From Mantamonas sphyraenae STR306 (taxonomy: Eukaryota > Protista > CRuMs): a DNA stretch of 64,000 nt. The translations under genes and the position numbers were made by a program. The stretch lies in assembly GCA_026936335.1 (NCBI GenBank), contig JAPMXV010000053.1, positions 248,001 to 312,000 of the forward strand, in the 5' to 3' direction. Below are positions 22,568 to 35,173 of this stretch, piece after piece. Within the stretch, counting starts at the first letter, position 1; every line of letters starts with the position of its first letter. The notes below the pieces were generated by a model that saw only the letters and a program-made list of their open reading frames with translations, was not told where the DNA came from and searched no databases.

Positions 22568-22748
22568 TCTTCCCAATTCTTGGCCCCACCTGCGCATTGA
22601 CATCATCCACAACTCACAGCCACGCGCATCCGGTCAATTGCATCGGCTGCCCTCCCGTGCCTCTCTCCTGAAAAGCAACCGAATCTGCTCAAGGTGTGGG
22701 CCAGCGCCATTCTTTCATTCTTGTTTGGTGTGGAACCGCATCCCTGCA

Positions 22749-24818
22749 TCACGCAAACTCCTCGTCCATCAAATACTGGCGGATCTCTGCGTCCGATCGT
22801 TCCTGCAGACCCCAGATTTCTGCCACACGCGCACGGTTGCGTCCGTTTTCATCCGTCTCGATTTGGCCCATGATCTTCTCAAGCGCCTTGCTTTCCCGCG
22901 CAATCGTCTCTTCAAACCTGTCCTCGATGCGTCCGATGCGAAAGTCGTGCGACCCTCCAATTGCTCCCAGCAGGTTGTCCTTGTCCATGAACAGCGCCTT
23001 TTCTTCCTCCGTGATGTCTTCGATCTGGTTGCTGTGGAACTTTTCATACTCGTGCGATGCTAGGGCCACCAGCTGCTCGTGAAGTTGTTTTCCAGCTCCC
23101 GCAGCCTGTTCAGGTGCACGCTCATCGTCTCGATGTTCGAGTGCGTGATGTTTTCCATGTTCTTGCGGAACATCTTGATCACGTCTTCAAACTGCTCCAC
23201 CAGCTGCATCTCCAGCTCCAACAGGGCATCTGACAATTGCATGTTTTCGTGCAGCAGATTCTGCAGCATCCCTGCCAATTCGTCGGTGACTGTGCGTGCG
23301 CCCCGACATTCGTTGTGTGAGTCACCCCTTCTGTTCACCTCACGCTCTACCGTGGCCTTCACGCTCAAACTTACACTCGGGCGCATGCTCCACTTCATCC
23401 ATCACCCGCTTTTTCTGCCTCTCAAACTCTCGGATGAGCTCCATGCCGCGTTCCTCGTTGTCCAGCTTGGCTGCGTTGATCGCTTCCAGAAACAGCTGGT
23501 GTTCCTCCTTCTTCGTGCCAAATTGCTTCAACACAGCCGCCTGGAATTCTTCCATCTGCGTGGCAAACTTATCCTTGTACGTCACCAGCGGCTCCTCCAG
23601 CACCCGCAAGCACTTGACCTTTTCAAAGTCTGCGTCCTCCTTCAGCATGTTCTGCAGCAGCGTCTCCATCTCCAGCAGGTTGGCCTCGCGCAGGTGTTCC
23701 AACCGTTCCAGTCGGGTCTGCTCCTCCTTGGCCGCCAGTTCCTCCTTGCGCTCCTCGTCTTCCAAATCAGAAATGTCGTGGTGGTCCCGCGCCTGTGCCA
23801 CTGCGCTCTCCTTCACGCGCGTGTAGTCCAGGTACTTCAGGTTCTTCAAATGCGCCAGCATCGTCGACTGGTACTCGTTCTCCTTTGTGATCGGGTTGCC
23901 GTAGAAGCTCAGGATCCGCAGGTGTTTGAACCGCCGCAGATACCGTGCCACAGACAGGTCCCGGATGTTGTTGTATCCCAATGTCAGCAGGTTGAGCTTC
24001 TTCAACGCATCCAAATTCTCCACCTCTTCGATGTGGTTGTTGTCTGTGGCCACGTGCATCGTGTCCCGCGCCCAGTGTGTGTGCAGAGTCAGCAACGGCT
24101 ATCGCTTTGTCCTCGCCGCACCGCGCACAGCAGCGATTTCAACGCTCGCACACATGTGCGTGCACACTACATCAAAGACACGCATGCATCACAGCGCTCT
24201 CTATTGTCGCCACCGCTGTTTTGTAGCTGTGACGGCGGGCGGACGTTGCGGCAGTGCTTCGGGCGCTGCTTGCCAAAACTTACACAGGGAAAGGTCCGTC
24301 AGGTTGGTCAGCTTGTCCAGGTTTTCGATTTTGGTGATGTTGTTAAACGAGAGATCTGTGCCGGAATGCGTGTGGTGTGCGTGTGGTGCCCCGTGTGCGT
24401 GCATGCGCGGCCCCCAAGTGTGTTAGCCAACGGTCCTCTCCGCACAGGACAACTTTCCACGCCTCGACACACGCCCCCCAGAGCATCCCATTCCTTCCCC
24501 ACCCCCTTCCTTCGTTCTCCACCTACCCAACACCTCCAAGTTCACCAGATGGTCCAGGTTCTCGATGCGCTCAATGGTGTTGTTGTCCAGCTGAAGCTTC
24601 CTCAGCCCTTCGAAGCCCATCAGGTTGTCTATCTTCCACAGTCCCTTGTGCGAAAACTGCAGATACTCCACCAGGTGGTACTCCCACACCTCATACCGTT
24701 TCTTCACTTCCTGGCCCTCCACCACAGGCACCACAATCCCTGCCTGCAGCAAGTCTTCGTCAATCACTGCCGGCTCGACCACGTCCACCAGCAGCTTTGC
24801 TTGTGCCAATTTGGACAT
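22749..24818 (-). CDS. DRC3: Dynein regulatory complex subunit 3 (LRRC48); three introns, apparent 1-nt deletion at ~23081
   Basis: EPAVIDEDLL, SDS22-type LRRs (KLQLDNNTIERIENL, DLSFNNITKIENL), YLRRFKHLRILSFYGNP, coiled coil, C-terminal RNRARVAEI. Confidence 0.88.
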
Positions 24819-24853
24819 GTTGTGTGGCCTCTATGTGTATGTGTATGTACGTG

Positions 24854-24854
<1 letters not shown>

Positions 24855-24883
<29 letters not shown>
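24855..24883. repeat. (TG)n microsatellite, representative of many CA/TG tracts in introns and intergenic DNA
   Basis: Perfect TG run of ~14 units; similar tracts near 1225, 21975, 31100, 33105 and 34325. Confidence 0.9.
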
Positions 24884-24885
<2 letters not shown>

Positions 24886-24928
24886 ATGGACACGCGAATC
24901 TGGTTTTGTTTGTAGCCCAGCGCGCTCG

Positions 24929-25789
24929 TCACTCGTCTCTACCACACGCCATCACAAACGTCTCCACTGCATGCTCATAAGCCTTGGGATCTGTGCGGAG
25001 GTGAAGCACGTGTGGGCTGCTCTCCAGCCACAGTCGTTGCACACGGGAGCCAGTGGCCTCAACCGCGTTCGACATCTCCTCCAGAAAATCAAACTCGGTG
25101 ATGGCATCGTCTCGACTGCCAACAAACAAAACCGGCTTGCCCTTGAGTTCGGCAATGCCCTGACTCAAGTCTGTGAATCCAATTGACTTTTCGCGGTCGG
25201 TCCGGCTGGGATCCATCAGAATCCGGCCCAGCGCCCACAGCGAAAATGCCACGTACGACACCAAGAACCAGAACCAGTTTGCCCAGTACCCACGTATGTG
25301 CTCAGACATGGCACGCGCTGCAGAGCGGATCGTCAACCGAGTCGGTGTGGAGTCAAAATGTACGCCGGCGAGTTTCGCCTTCCAGCCGAACCTTCCGAAT
25401 TCGCTTTCCTCGGCCACCAGCCTGAATTGGGTCCATCGAATGAAGCCGCCGTTGCTCAGGGCCATGAAAAAGACCTTCACGTCGTCCGAGTCGCCATAGA
25501 ATTCCTGCACCGTGCGGAGCACGCAGCGCATGTCCTCCATCCCCACTTCCGCGTCCTTGGTCCAAACCTTGCCCTCGTTGGGGATCCCCACTGTGTGCAT
25601 CCCTTGCTTTCTGTACACCTGCTCGTACTTCCGCAACACCCGAGATGTGGAATACATCCACCCTGCGAGAATCACCACGCGTTTGACACCCCGATCCAGT
25701 TCGCTCCAGCTCTCTTCAACCAAGCTGCCCACCATGTCTCGCTTTGCGCATTCCTCCTTCAACTTCAGTTCCACACTCTGTGTTTCCAT
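24929..25789 (-). CDS. TMEM53/DUF829 alpha/beta-hydrolase-like protein
   Basis: VVILAGWM, KY..VY, ALSNGG, HFDSTP, S.DD.I, SPHVLHLR.DP..Y motifs. Confidence 0.88.
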   Translation of the reverse strand: METQSVELKLKEECAKRDMVGSLVEESWSELDRGVKRVVILAGWMYSTSRVLRKYEQVYRKQGMHTVGIPNEGKVWTKDAEVGMEDMRCVLRTVQEFYGDSDDVKVFFMALSNGGFIRWTQFRLVAEESEFGRFGWKAKLAGVHFDSTPTRLTIRSAARAMSEHIRGYWANWFWFLVSYVAFSLWALGRILMDPSRTDREKSIGFTDLSQGIAELKGKPVLFVGSRDDAITEFDFLEEMSNAVEATGSRVQRLWLESSPHVLHLRTDPKAYEHAVETFVMACGRDE

Positions 25790-25877
25790 CGACTCGGTTT
25801 TGGGTGACGAAAACTTCTGCTTCCGCCGGCGGCTGCCACGTCGACGAACGCAACTTTTCCCACCACCTCCGACAACC

Positions 25878-28800
25878 ATGTCTGAGGGTTCGGTCGCTCA
25901 AGCCAGAGCCATCGAACTGGAAAACCATGAGAAGGGTCAACAACAGTCCCCCATCGAAGATGCCAATGTGTTCAGCCTGACCACGTTCCAGTTCATGTCG
26001 TACGTTCCGTTCTCGACTCCGCCTATCCCCTTGTCTGCGCACATCTTCCACCTGGCTGTCATCCACATCTCGCTCTCCTACCATACCCGTGTTGTCCCCG
26101 TCTGCTTGCGCCTCCCCTCCCGCCCTCGCGCTGCTTTCCGTCCTTGCTTACAAACAAGCTTCGCGCATACACGCCGCCGGCCGACTATCTGCCTCTCACT
26201 TCCGGCCCTACAGTGACCTCATGAGCGTGGGTGCCAAGCGTCCGCTCGAGCAAAGCGACTTGCACAATGTGCCCGCAGAAATGCGCGCCAAGGTCGTGTC
26301 TGAAGAGGTGGGTGGCTCTTATTTGTACACTTTCCTTCCGATTCTCGGGAACACGTCCCTGACCTGGAATTTTCACCACTTCTTCCTCGCCTCGCCCCAC
26401 CCTCCAGTTTGACCGCCTCTGGCCCCAACAGCTCAACCGCGCCGACGGAAAGAAGCCCAGGATTTCCGCCGTCTATTTCCAGCTCCTGAAGAAGGAGATC
26501 ATTGGCTCCGGGTTGTTCTCGGTTGTCTTTGCCTTTCTGCCCTTTGTCTACCCGTTCCTCGTCGACGCCTTTATCGAGTACTTCATCACCTTTGACTTTG
26601 CCAACCCGGATTACGCCACTGGTATCTACTACTCGCTGATCCTTGGTGCCGTCGCCCTCACCTGGGCATGGGCACAGAACAACGCCTTGCGCATCATCTT
26701 CCAGGGTGGCGTCAAGCTCAACGCTGCCAACAGCACCGCCATCTTCAACAAGGTGCTGCGTCTCAGCAACAACGCACGCCAGAAGCGCACCCCAGGCGAA
26801 ATCATCAACCTCATGTCCTCGGATGTGCTCATTCTCTTCAACATCCTGCCCATGTTCCACAACTTGTGGATTGCTCCCCTGCAGATGATTGTCGCTCTGG
26901 TCCTCCTCCACCAGCGCATCGGCGACTCCATGTTTGCCGGCCTCATTGTCATGATTGTTGCCATGCCTTTCAATGGCATCCTCGGCGCACGCTTCGGCAC
27001 CCTCGGCAAGCTCAAGCAGCAGTGGGCCGACAAGCGCCTCAAGATCATCACCGACGTCATCAAGGGAATCCGTCTCGTCAAGCTGTACGCGTGGGAAAAC
27101 TCCTTTGTTGCTCGCATTGCCAAGATCCGCCTGGCCGAGGTCGATGTCCTGCGCGACATCTATGTGAACAGCGCCAAGTTTATGATGAGCATCGGCGTCC
27201 TTCCCGTCATCATCAGCATTGCCGTCTTTGCCGCCTACGCCTCCGTCCCGGGCAACGTCCTCACCGCACAGACCGTGTTTGTGTCGCTCACCCTCCTCGA
27301 GATGGTGCGCCTGCCCCTCTTTATCCTGCCCATGGTCGCCGCCTTTGCCTATATGAGCAACGTGTCCATGACCCGTGTCCGCAAGTTTCTGGAACTCGAC
27401 GAGAGCGACCAGGACGCCGTGGAGCACTTTCTGCGCGAACTCGAAGCAGAGCGTGCCCAGGCAGAGGCTGCTTCGGGCGACCAGGTAGACGACAAGGACG
27501 ACGAAAGCAAGCGCGGCTCCCTGTGCATCGTCGACGGCGAGTTCACCTGGGCACCCTCCTTCTCCAAGGATGAGATTGCCGAGCTCGAGCTCGAGCTGGA
27601 AAAGAAGAAGAAGATGGAAGCTCGCAAGAACAAGGGCAAGGACAAGGCAAACGCAAAGGCCAACGCCAAAAAGACAGACGCCAAGAGCAAGGGCAAAGAA
27701 GGCGCTTCCGCAGGCGCCTCCGTCACCAGCTCCGATCAGGAGATGGTGGAGCTCAAGCAGGGCGCAGATGTAGGTGATGGCGTGGGCAAACTCGACAGCG
27801 ACGCAGGTGCAGACGACGGCACCGCAGGCGACGATGTGATTGCGTTGGAGCAGTCGTCCGACGAGACGGCCGCTTCGGACGAGCGCGGACCCGAGGAGCT
27901 GCTGGATATGGCCAAGAACCCGGCGCCCTCCACGCTGTTGGACATCAACGTGGACATCCAACCAGGCCAGCTGGTGATGGTGGTGGGTTCCGTGGGCTCG
28001 GGCAAGTCCACCTTTTTGCAGACGTTCCTGGGCGCCAACACAAAGGTGCGCGGCTCCGTGCGTGTGTACGGCAAGATGAGCTACGTGGCACAGCAACCGT
28101 GGATTCACAACGACACCCTCAAGAACAACATCCTCATGGGTGCGGAGTACGACGCGGACCGATACGTGGCCTCCATCAAGGCAGCCGCCATGCTGCCGGA
28201 TCTCAAGGTCCTTGCAGCCGGCGATCTCACCGAGATTGGCGAGCAGGGCATCAACCTCAGTGGTGGTCAGAAGGCACGTGTCAGCCTGGCGCGTGCCATC
28301 TACAACCGCGCCGACATCTACCTGCTGGACGACCCACTCAGCGCCGTGGACACACATGTGGCACAGCACCTGTTTGACCACATGATCATGGGTGAGCTCA
28401 AGGACACCACGCGTGTGCTGGTCACCAACCAACTGCAGTTCCTCGAGCAGGCCGACCAGATCATTTTCCTTGAAGACGGCCGCGTCTCGGAAATGGGCAC
28501 GTATGAGGAGTGCATGGCCAACCGCAGTGCATTCTACTCCCTCGTCCAGTCGCACGCAGGCGGCAACGAAGAAGAGGACGAGACAGCCATCGCGCATGCC
28601 GTCATCGACGACGTGCCAGAGTCGTCGGCCACCGAGGCCGAGGATTCCACAGGCGTGGACCACGTGGACGCAGACAACTTGGGCCGTCTCATGGACAAGG
28701 AGCTGCGCAACGTGGGCAAGGTCGAAGGAGGCATCTGGAGGCCGTACGTGGACCGCGCCGGCGGCATGCGCTGGTTTACGGGCTTCCTCGTGGTGGCGTT

Positions 28801-30661
28801 GATTGCCACAGTGATCCGCATCTTTACGCAGTACTTTCTCGTCATTTGGACCAACGATCTGCTCAAGATCCCCCTGGCCGGCTACATTGCCCTGTACTCG
28901 TTGTGGGGCATCCTTGCAGCAGTGCTCACTTACGCGCGCGAGCTGTACCTTGTGGGCGGTTTCAAGAAGGCGTCGAACGAGCTGCACGGCGACATGCTGC
29001 GCTCCATCCTTGACGCACCCATGCGCTTCTTTGACGCCACACCCATCGGCCGCATCCTCAACCGCTTCTCCAAGGACCAGTACGTGGTGGACAGCGAACT
29101 GCCGGGCCAGTTGTCGCAGTACTTCAACGCCTTCTTTGTGATTGTGTCCCTGATGCTGCTGATTTCCTCGGTGGCCTTCTTCATGCCCATTCTCATCGTC
29201 ATCATCGGCGTGTTCTACTACAAACTGCAGAACTACTACCGCAACAGCTCGCGCGAGCTGCAGCGTCTGGAGAACCTGAGCAAGTCGCCCGTGATTGCAC
29301 ACTTTACCGAGACGCTGAACGGGTTGGACACCATCCGCTCGCTTGGGTTGCAGGAGATGTTCCGCCACTACAACGACCTGTTGGTCGACTTTAACCACAA
29401 GGCCTTCTTCACCCTCAAGATGGCCTCACGTTGGTTTGACATGCGCATTGCCGTGATGGGTGCTGTCACCACCATGTGCACGGGCTTGTTCCTTGTGTTG
29501 GCCCTGATGATGAATCTGCCTGTGGATCCCGCCCAGGCAGGCCTGGCCCTGTCCTCCGTGGTCGGCTTTGCCGGTCTGCTCAACTACTTTGTGTTTATGA
29601 TTGCCGAGGTGGAGGTGCGCATGACCAACCTCGAGCGTGTGGTTGCCTACACCGTCCTGCCGCGCGAGGAGGTGACCAAACCGGCCATCGCCGAGGCCCC
29701 GGAGAGCTGGCCGTCCAAGGGCCACGTCGTGTTTGACCACTATAACATGCGCTACCGCGAGGGTCTGGATTTGGTGCTCAAGGACATCTGCCTGGACATT
29801 CGCCCGGGCGAAAAGATCGGCGTGGTCGGCCGTACCGGCGCGGGCAAGTCGTCCCTCATCCTGGCCCTCACACGCATGGTGGAAGCCGACAGCGGCTCCA
29901 TCATCATCGACGACATCGACGTGAGCAAACTGCCGTTGACGGACGTGCGTTCGCGCGTTGCGATCATCCCGCAGGCGCCCACACTGTTTGAGGGTTCCCT
30001 GCGCTTCAACCTGGACCCGTTTGAGGAGAACAACGACCAGGACGTGTGGGCCGTGCTCGAGTCCATCCGTATGAAGGAAACCGTGAGTGCACTCAAGGGC
30101 AAGCTCAGCTACCATGTGGCCGAGGGAGGCACCAACTTTTCGGTGGGCGAGCGCCAGCTCATTTGCATCGGCCGCGCTCTGCTGCGCAAGTGTGCACTGG
30201 TTCTGATGGACGAGGCCACGGCGTCTGTGGACGTGGAAACGGACGCCCTGATCCAGCACGCCGTGCGAAACATGTTTGTCAACCAAACAGTGATCACCAT
30301 TGCGCACCGTCTCAACACCATCATGGACAGCACACGAATTCTGGTCATGGATAAGGGTCATGTGGCCGAGTTTGACACTCCCTCTGCCCTGCTCGAGGAT
30401 TCGGACTCGCTCTTTTACAAGCTGGCCTCGCAGACGGGCAAGCAGAACCTGCAGCATCTGACCAGGCTGGCCAACGGCACTGCGAGCCTCAAGCTGCCCT
30501 CTGCAGCGTTGGAGAACACAAAGACGGATGTGGGCGCGGGTGTCTCTGCCGGAACAGCGGCCGCCTCGCAGTCTCCACCCAAGAGTGTGCGCGACGACGA
30601 CGAAGAGAGCGAGGAAGATGACGACAACGTGTCGGTCGAGTCTGAAGTTGACCTCGACTGA
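25878..30661 (+). CDS. ABCC/MRP-family ABC transporter (two 5' introns)
   Basis: TMD-NBD-TMD-NBD layout; GSVGSGKS, LSGGQKARVSLARA, LLDDPLSAVD, FFDATPIGRILNRFSKD, GRTGAGKSS, FSVGERQL, DEATASVD; exons 1-2 supply the lasso region. Confidence 0.97.
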
Positions 30662-30740
30662 TGTGTTGGTGGTGGGTGGTGGTTGGATGTGTCGTGGACA
30701 ATGACGCGTCGCAGCGACCAAGAGAGAGCGAGTGTGTGCG

Positions 30741-31343
30741 ATGGGGAACTCTGAATCAAAGAACTCGTCATCGTCGTCGTCCACGTCATCACAGGTGTAC
30801 GCCCCGCCTTCGGGAAGCACACACAGCAATGGTGGGCCCGTGTACGCCCGGCCGGTGTCGTACGGCAACGCCATCCCTCTGCAGCCGACACCCGCATATC
30901 AGGACCAGTCCATCCCGCCGGCGTACCTTTACACGCCACAGCCCACATACACGCAGGCTCCATCGATGGGGACATCGAGTGCATCTGCGTACGTTGGGAA
31001 GCACATGCGCGGTCGCTGGGAAATAGCGCTCGGCGACAAAGTTTGGGAGAAGCCAAACTCCACGCACGGACCCTTTTTGTGCTGACGCCACACCTGACAC
31101 ACACACACACACACACACAGTGGCTACTTCTACGCACCTCCGGCAGGTTACACGCCGCCTCCGTATGCGCCGCCTGCGTTTGAGTACTCTGTGTACGACA
31201 TGCCGCAGGCGCAGGTGCAGAACCAGGCGAGCGGAACGACGGACGAACTCGGCCTGCCGCAGTACGACCACGACAAGACAAGCGAAACAAACGCGTACGT
31301 GGACACGGTGAGTCTCAACGACACCACAAGCAGCAGCAGCAGC

Positions 31344-31374
<31 letters not shown>

Positions 31375-32198
31375 ACAGTTCATCCAGCAGCAGCAGCGGA
31401 TCTTCCTCGGGTGGCTCCTCCACCATCACGTCGACTGGTACGGGAGGATCATACGAGGGCGTCCATCAGGGTATCGCATTTGATGTGAGCCAGTACAGCG
31501 CGCCGCTCCCACCGTCGGACAGCGATTACAAGCCGGCAGGAGACGCCGAGGTGACTGTGGACGTCAGCGAGGGCGAACTGAAGGACACCAACATTCCTTA
31601 CCAAGGCGACGTGTACAAAGTGGCCCACATCAACTTTTACGACAACAACATCAAGTCGGTGGGCGGCCTGGACCGCTTTCCGAACCTGATGCGCGTGACG
31701 CTTCGCCACAACTGCCTCACCAAGTTCAAGGGCATCGAAGAGGCGCCGTACCTGCGCTGGGTGGACGTGAGCAGCAACGACATCGGACCCAACTTCAAGG
31801 GCGTGCACACCATGGGCCAGCTGGAGTGGCTGGACATCCACTACAACTACTTGAAGAACCTAAAGGGGATCGAGTTTGCGCCCAACCTCACCTACCTCAA
31901 TGCAAACGACAACACCCTCACCAGTCTCAACGGCATCCAGAACCTGACCAAGCTCAAGTACGTCGACCTCAGCGACAACGACCTGCCCGACTGCAAATAC
32001 CTGAGTGCCTGCACCTGCCTGCAGGAGATCAAGCTCAACAAGAACTACCTCACAGACACCAAGAGTGTCAAGGCCCTCAGCGACCTGCCCTACCTCTTCT
32101 CCCTCGACCTGCGCACCAACGACTACTCCAAGCGCCAGCGCAAGGAGATTGTGGAACACTTTGCAAACACCAAGCCCGAGTGTGAGGTCCTTGTGTGA
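30741..32198 (+). CDS. Putative N-myristoylated Pro/Tyr-rich protein with C-terminal SDS22-like LRRs (one intron ending at 31120)
   Basis: MGNSES start; GTACGT...CACAG intron joins it in frame to the LRR ORF (LDIHYNYL, LNANDNTL, VDLSDNDL). Confidence 0.8.
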
Positions 32199-32219
32199 GC
32201 TGAGCTGAGCTCGAGGTGT

Positions 32220-33324
32220 TTAATACACGTTCAGGTCAACACCCACTCCACACTCGGTGCGGTCACCCTCGTACTGCTTGATGGCAGGGGCATCGCCGCC
32301 CAAAGTCCAGCCGGCAAACGGGATGAAGCCAGACTGGCGCGAGGCACGGCCGTCGTAGCGCGGGCACCACAGGGGCAGATGGCTGTACGGTCCCCAGCTG
32401 TCACCAAAGATCGGGTGCCACTGCGACGCGCTGCTGTAGATACCCACACGCTTGTGGTTCTGGGCCTCCTTGACCAGTCCCTCCATGAAAGCCTGGTTCT
32501 CCGACGTCGAGTCCATCCAGTACTGGGGTCCTTCGATGTCCAGCCAGATCATGCCGTAGCTCACGCCACTCAGGTTGTCCACCATCGAGCGCACCTGACC
32601 TTCCGGGTTGCCACACTTGGGGCACGGGAACATGTACGCATCAACATGCGCCATGCCGCCCTTCCAGGCTGCACGCCACACGCACACAGCACATACACAG
32701 AGCACGCAGTCATGAGCATGCAGTACAAACAGCAGGCATGGACAACACCACCCATTTGCGCCACAGCACATGCAGGGGCCGCGTACAACAATTGGTGTCA
32801 GCTGGTGCCCCAACCCCCCTTTTTTCTTCTTTCTCTCTCCGCACCCGCTCACGTACCGTTCTCAATCGTGCTGCGTGCGTTCGGGTCCGGGGAGCCGGTC
32901 GAGCGGTAGGCCTGTGCATGGCAGAATGAGGGACGTGGCGCATGTTAGCGACCGCAGGCGACGTGTTGAAAAGGCGCCGGCGCGCAATGAAAACCTGGCC
33001 CAAAAAGACTCAAAAAGCGCGTGCACAGCGGTTTTTTTGGCCACTCGCGCACGCCACATGCACTCTTCATGTGTCTGTGCGACCATGCATGCACACAGAA
33101 GAGGCACACACACACACACACACACACACCAAGCCACTCATGTGCACATGGAGGCACGGCGGTCGCAAACGTACACGAACAACGGCAAAGTGGAAGCCGG
33201 TGCGGTTCAGGCAGGCCCAGTTGCTCTCAGAGACATACTGGCTGACATCCACGCCCAGGGTGGCATTGCTACCGGCAATGCACATTGCCAGCACAGCTGC
33301 AAGGACAACAATCTTCATGGTCAT
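32220..33324 (-). CDS. Secreted GH25-related (protist/nematode Lys1-type) lysozyme, three exons
   Basis: Signal peptide; GVDVSQ, FAVVR|AYRSTGSPDPN, DAYMFPC, IWLDIE, GIYSS..QW, LPLW, KQYEG, GVDLN. Confidence 0.92.
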
Positions 33325-33387
33325 GCTTGTATGGAGGTTTTTCGTTGATTGCTGTGGTGCACTCTCTCTCTCTCGTTGCCTCCTCAC

Positions 33388-35127
33388 TCACTCCTCAGGC
33401 TCCTCAATCTGCGGCTTGTTGGGGTTGTTGGCCAGCAGATGGTTGGCCAGCCACACCACGGGGTTTTCGGGTTTGGCACGCGCAAGCTCGGTGAGCGAAT
33501 CAGTCAAGGTGGGCATCACGTGGGCAGCCAGGTACTTGTTGGCCTGTTCCTTGGATGGCACATTGCCCACAGACATGCCCGGGAAGAAGAAGCGCAGCTC
33601 ACGAGCGGCAGTGGCCGTGGAGTCGCTGCCGTGCACGGCGTTCTGCGTCTTGTCCACGCCAAACAGGGCACGGATGGTGTGTGGATGCTCCAACATGGCC
33701 AGTTGCACGTCGGTTGGACCCATCAGCGCACGCCAGTCTGCAATTGCGTTGGCCTTGGCCAGCGCCAGCACCACGCAGGGTCCCGCCTGCATCATGGTGC
33801 TCAGCTTGTCAAAGTACACCCTGCCCACGTGTTCCTCGTAGAACTGTTCCACTTGTGCCTCGGTCAGAGTCACCACCTTTTTGGCCAGCACCACATACCC
33901 GTGTGCCTTGGCAAGCTCCACAATCTCCTCCGCGTGCCCGGCCGCCACCGCGTGTGGCTTCACAATGGCCAGGGTCTTTTCCAAACGGTGCTCCGTGGAC
34001 ACTTTGATCCCCGATGCGCTCACAAACTCGTCGTTCACAAACGCACGCAGCGTGTTCACCGCGCTGCGGTAGTCCTTCTGCGTCGCCGCATTGGCAAACA
34101 CCCGCCAAGGCGCAAGCCCACCCCTGCTCGGACGCACCACAAGGTTCTTGCGAAGTGTCATCGCAAGCAACGCTCCCACTGCTTCTCCTCGTTGCTGAAC
34201 AGTTCGGCGTCCAGCGTCAGTTTGGCCAGCTCGGACGGCACGTTTTCCGTGTCGGCATCCTCGGGCGACCCGTCGCGTTCGTCTGTTGGGCCAATGGTCA
34301 CACGAATGCGTGCAGCACACAAACACACACACACACACACACATACACACACATAGTCAACAACGTGCACGTGTCCCAAAAATGCATGGGAGATCTCTCA
34401 GTGTGTGAGCATTTGGGGTTGGAAAACGCCAAAAACGCAAAAGAGCCGTTGTGCGCGCCGGCTCTGGGGTCAACAACTCACCTCCTTCGCCATCCTCGTC
34501 GCCAGCCTCGCTGTCGGAATCCATGTGCTCGTCGCGTGTGTCTTCACCCATCTCGTCGCTATCGTACTCCAGCGTCTCCTCCTCTGCATCCTCGGCCAGC
34601 GCGTCCGGATTGGGACGCACGGGGAGTACCACCGTGTTGTTGCCGTCGCACACACGCACATACAGGTTTTCCACACCTGTGATGGGCTTGCCTGCCTGGT
34701 TGAACACACCCACACCCAGGTAGTGAACCTGAGGGGACAGTTGGTCCAGGCGCACGCTCACACTGCGTCGATCGTACGAGTTGGGCGCCGTTGTTCCGCT
34801 GTGCACCACGCTCCCGTCCTCGTTGCTCGTGTTGCGAGCATCCAACGTTTCCAGAAGCGAGCCTCGTGCGTCCAACACGCTCACAAACAGGTCCAGGTCC
34901 AGGTCCTCCGCCGAGACTGCTGGCTTGCGTGCCTGCACACTCGTTTGTCCCTCCCCATCCGACGCCGAATCACCATCCTCCGAAGACGACGACGACGACG
35001 ACGACGATGACGAAGACGACGGTTGCTCCGTCACAAGGTCGTAGCCCAGGGCAAACACCAGATTGCTGCTCAGCGAGCCTTTGTACTCGTCCGCCAACAA
35101 CGCAGATTGTCCAACACCAAGGTCCAT
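33388..35127 (-). CDS. TerD-like domain fused to NDP kinase group II (NME5/RSP23-type) and Dpy-30 domain; intron 34283-34481, apparent 1-nt deletion at ~34187
   Basis: NDK: EKTLAIVKP, FYEEH, W.ALMGP, NAVHGSDS, RELRFFF. Dpy-30: YLAAHVMPTL..SL.ELARAKPENPVVWLA..LL.NNP. TerD-like: FALGYD, DLDL, DGSVVHSG, VRLDQLS, VENLYVRV. Confidence 0.8.
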
Positions 35128-35173
35128 TTCGGATGTTTTTTGTTTGGCTGCGGCTTCGGCCGCCGCACAACAC

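Noticed and set aside
27430-27930. Long charged insertions before ABCC NBD1; (GK)n tract in FCF1; poly-Ser tracts in many genes
   Set aside because: Low-complexity expansions in loops known to be variable; a general trait of this genome.
26219-29398. 1059-aa minus-strand ORF, and similar ORFs at 23079-24980, 18692-19819 and 47130-48311
   Set aside because: Shadow ORFs opposite real genes, caused by GC-rich codon usage.
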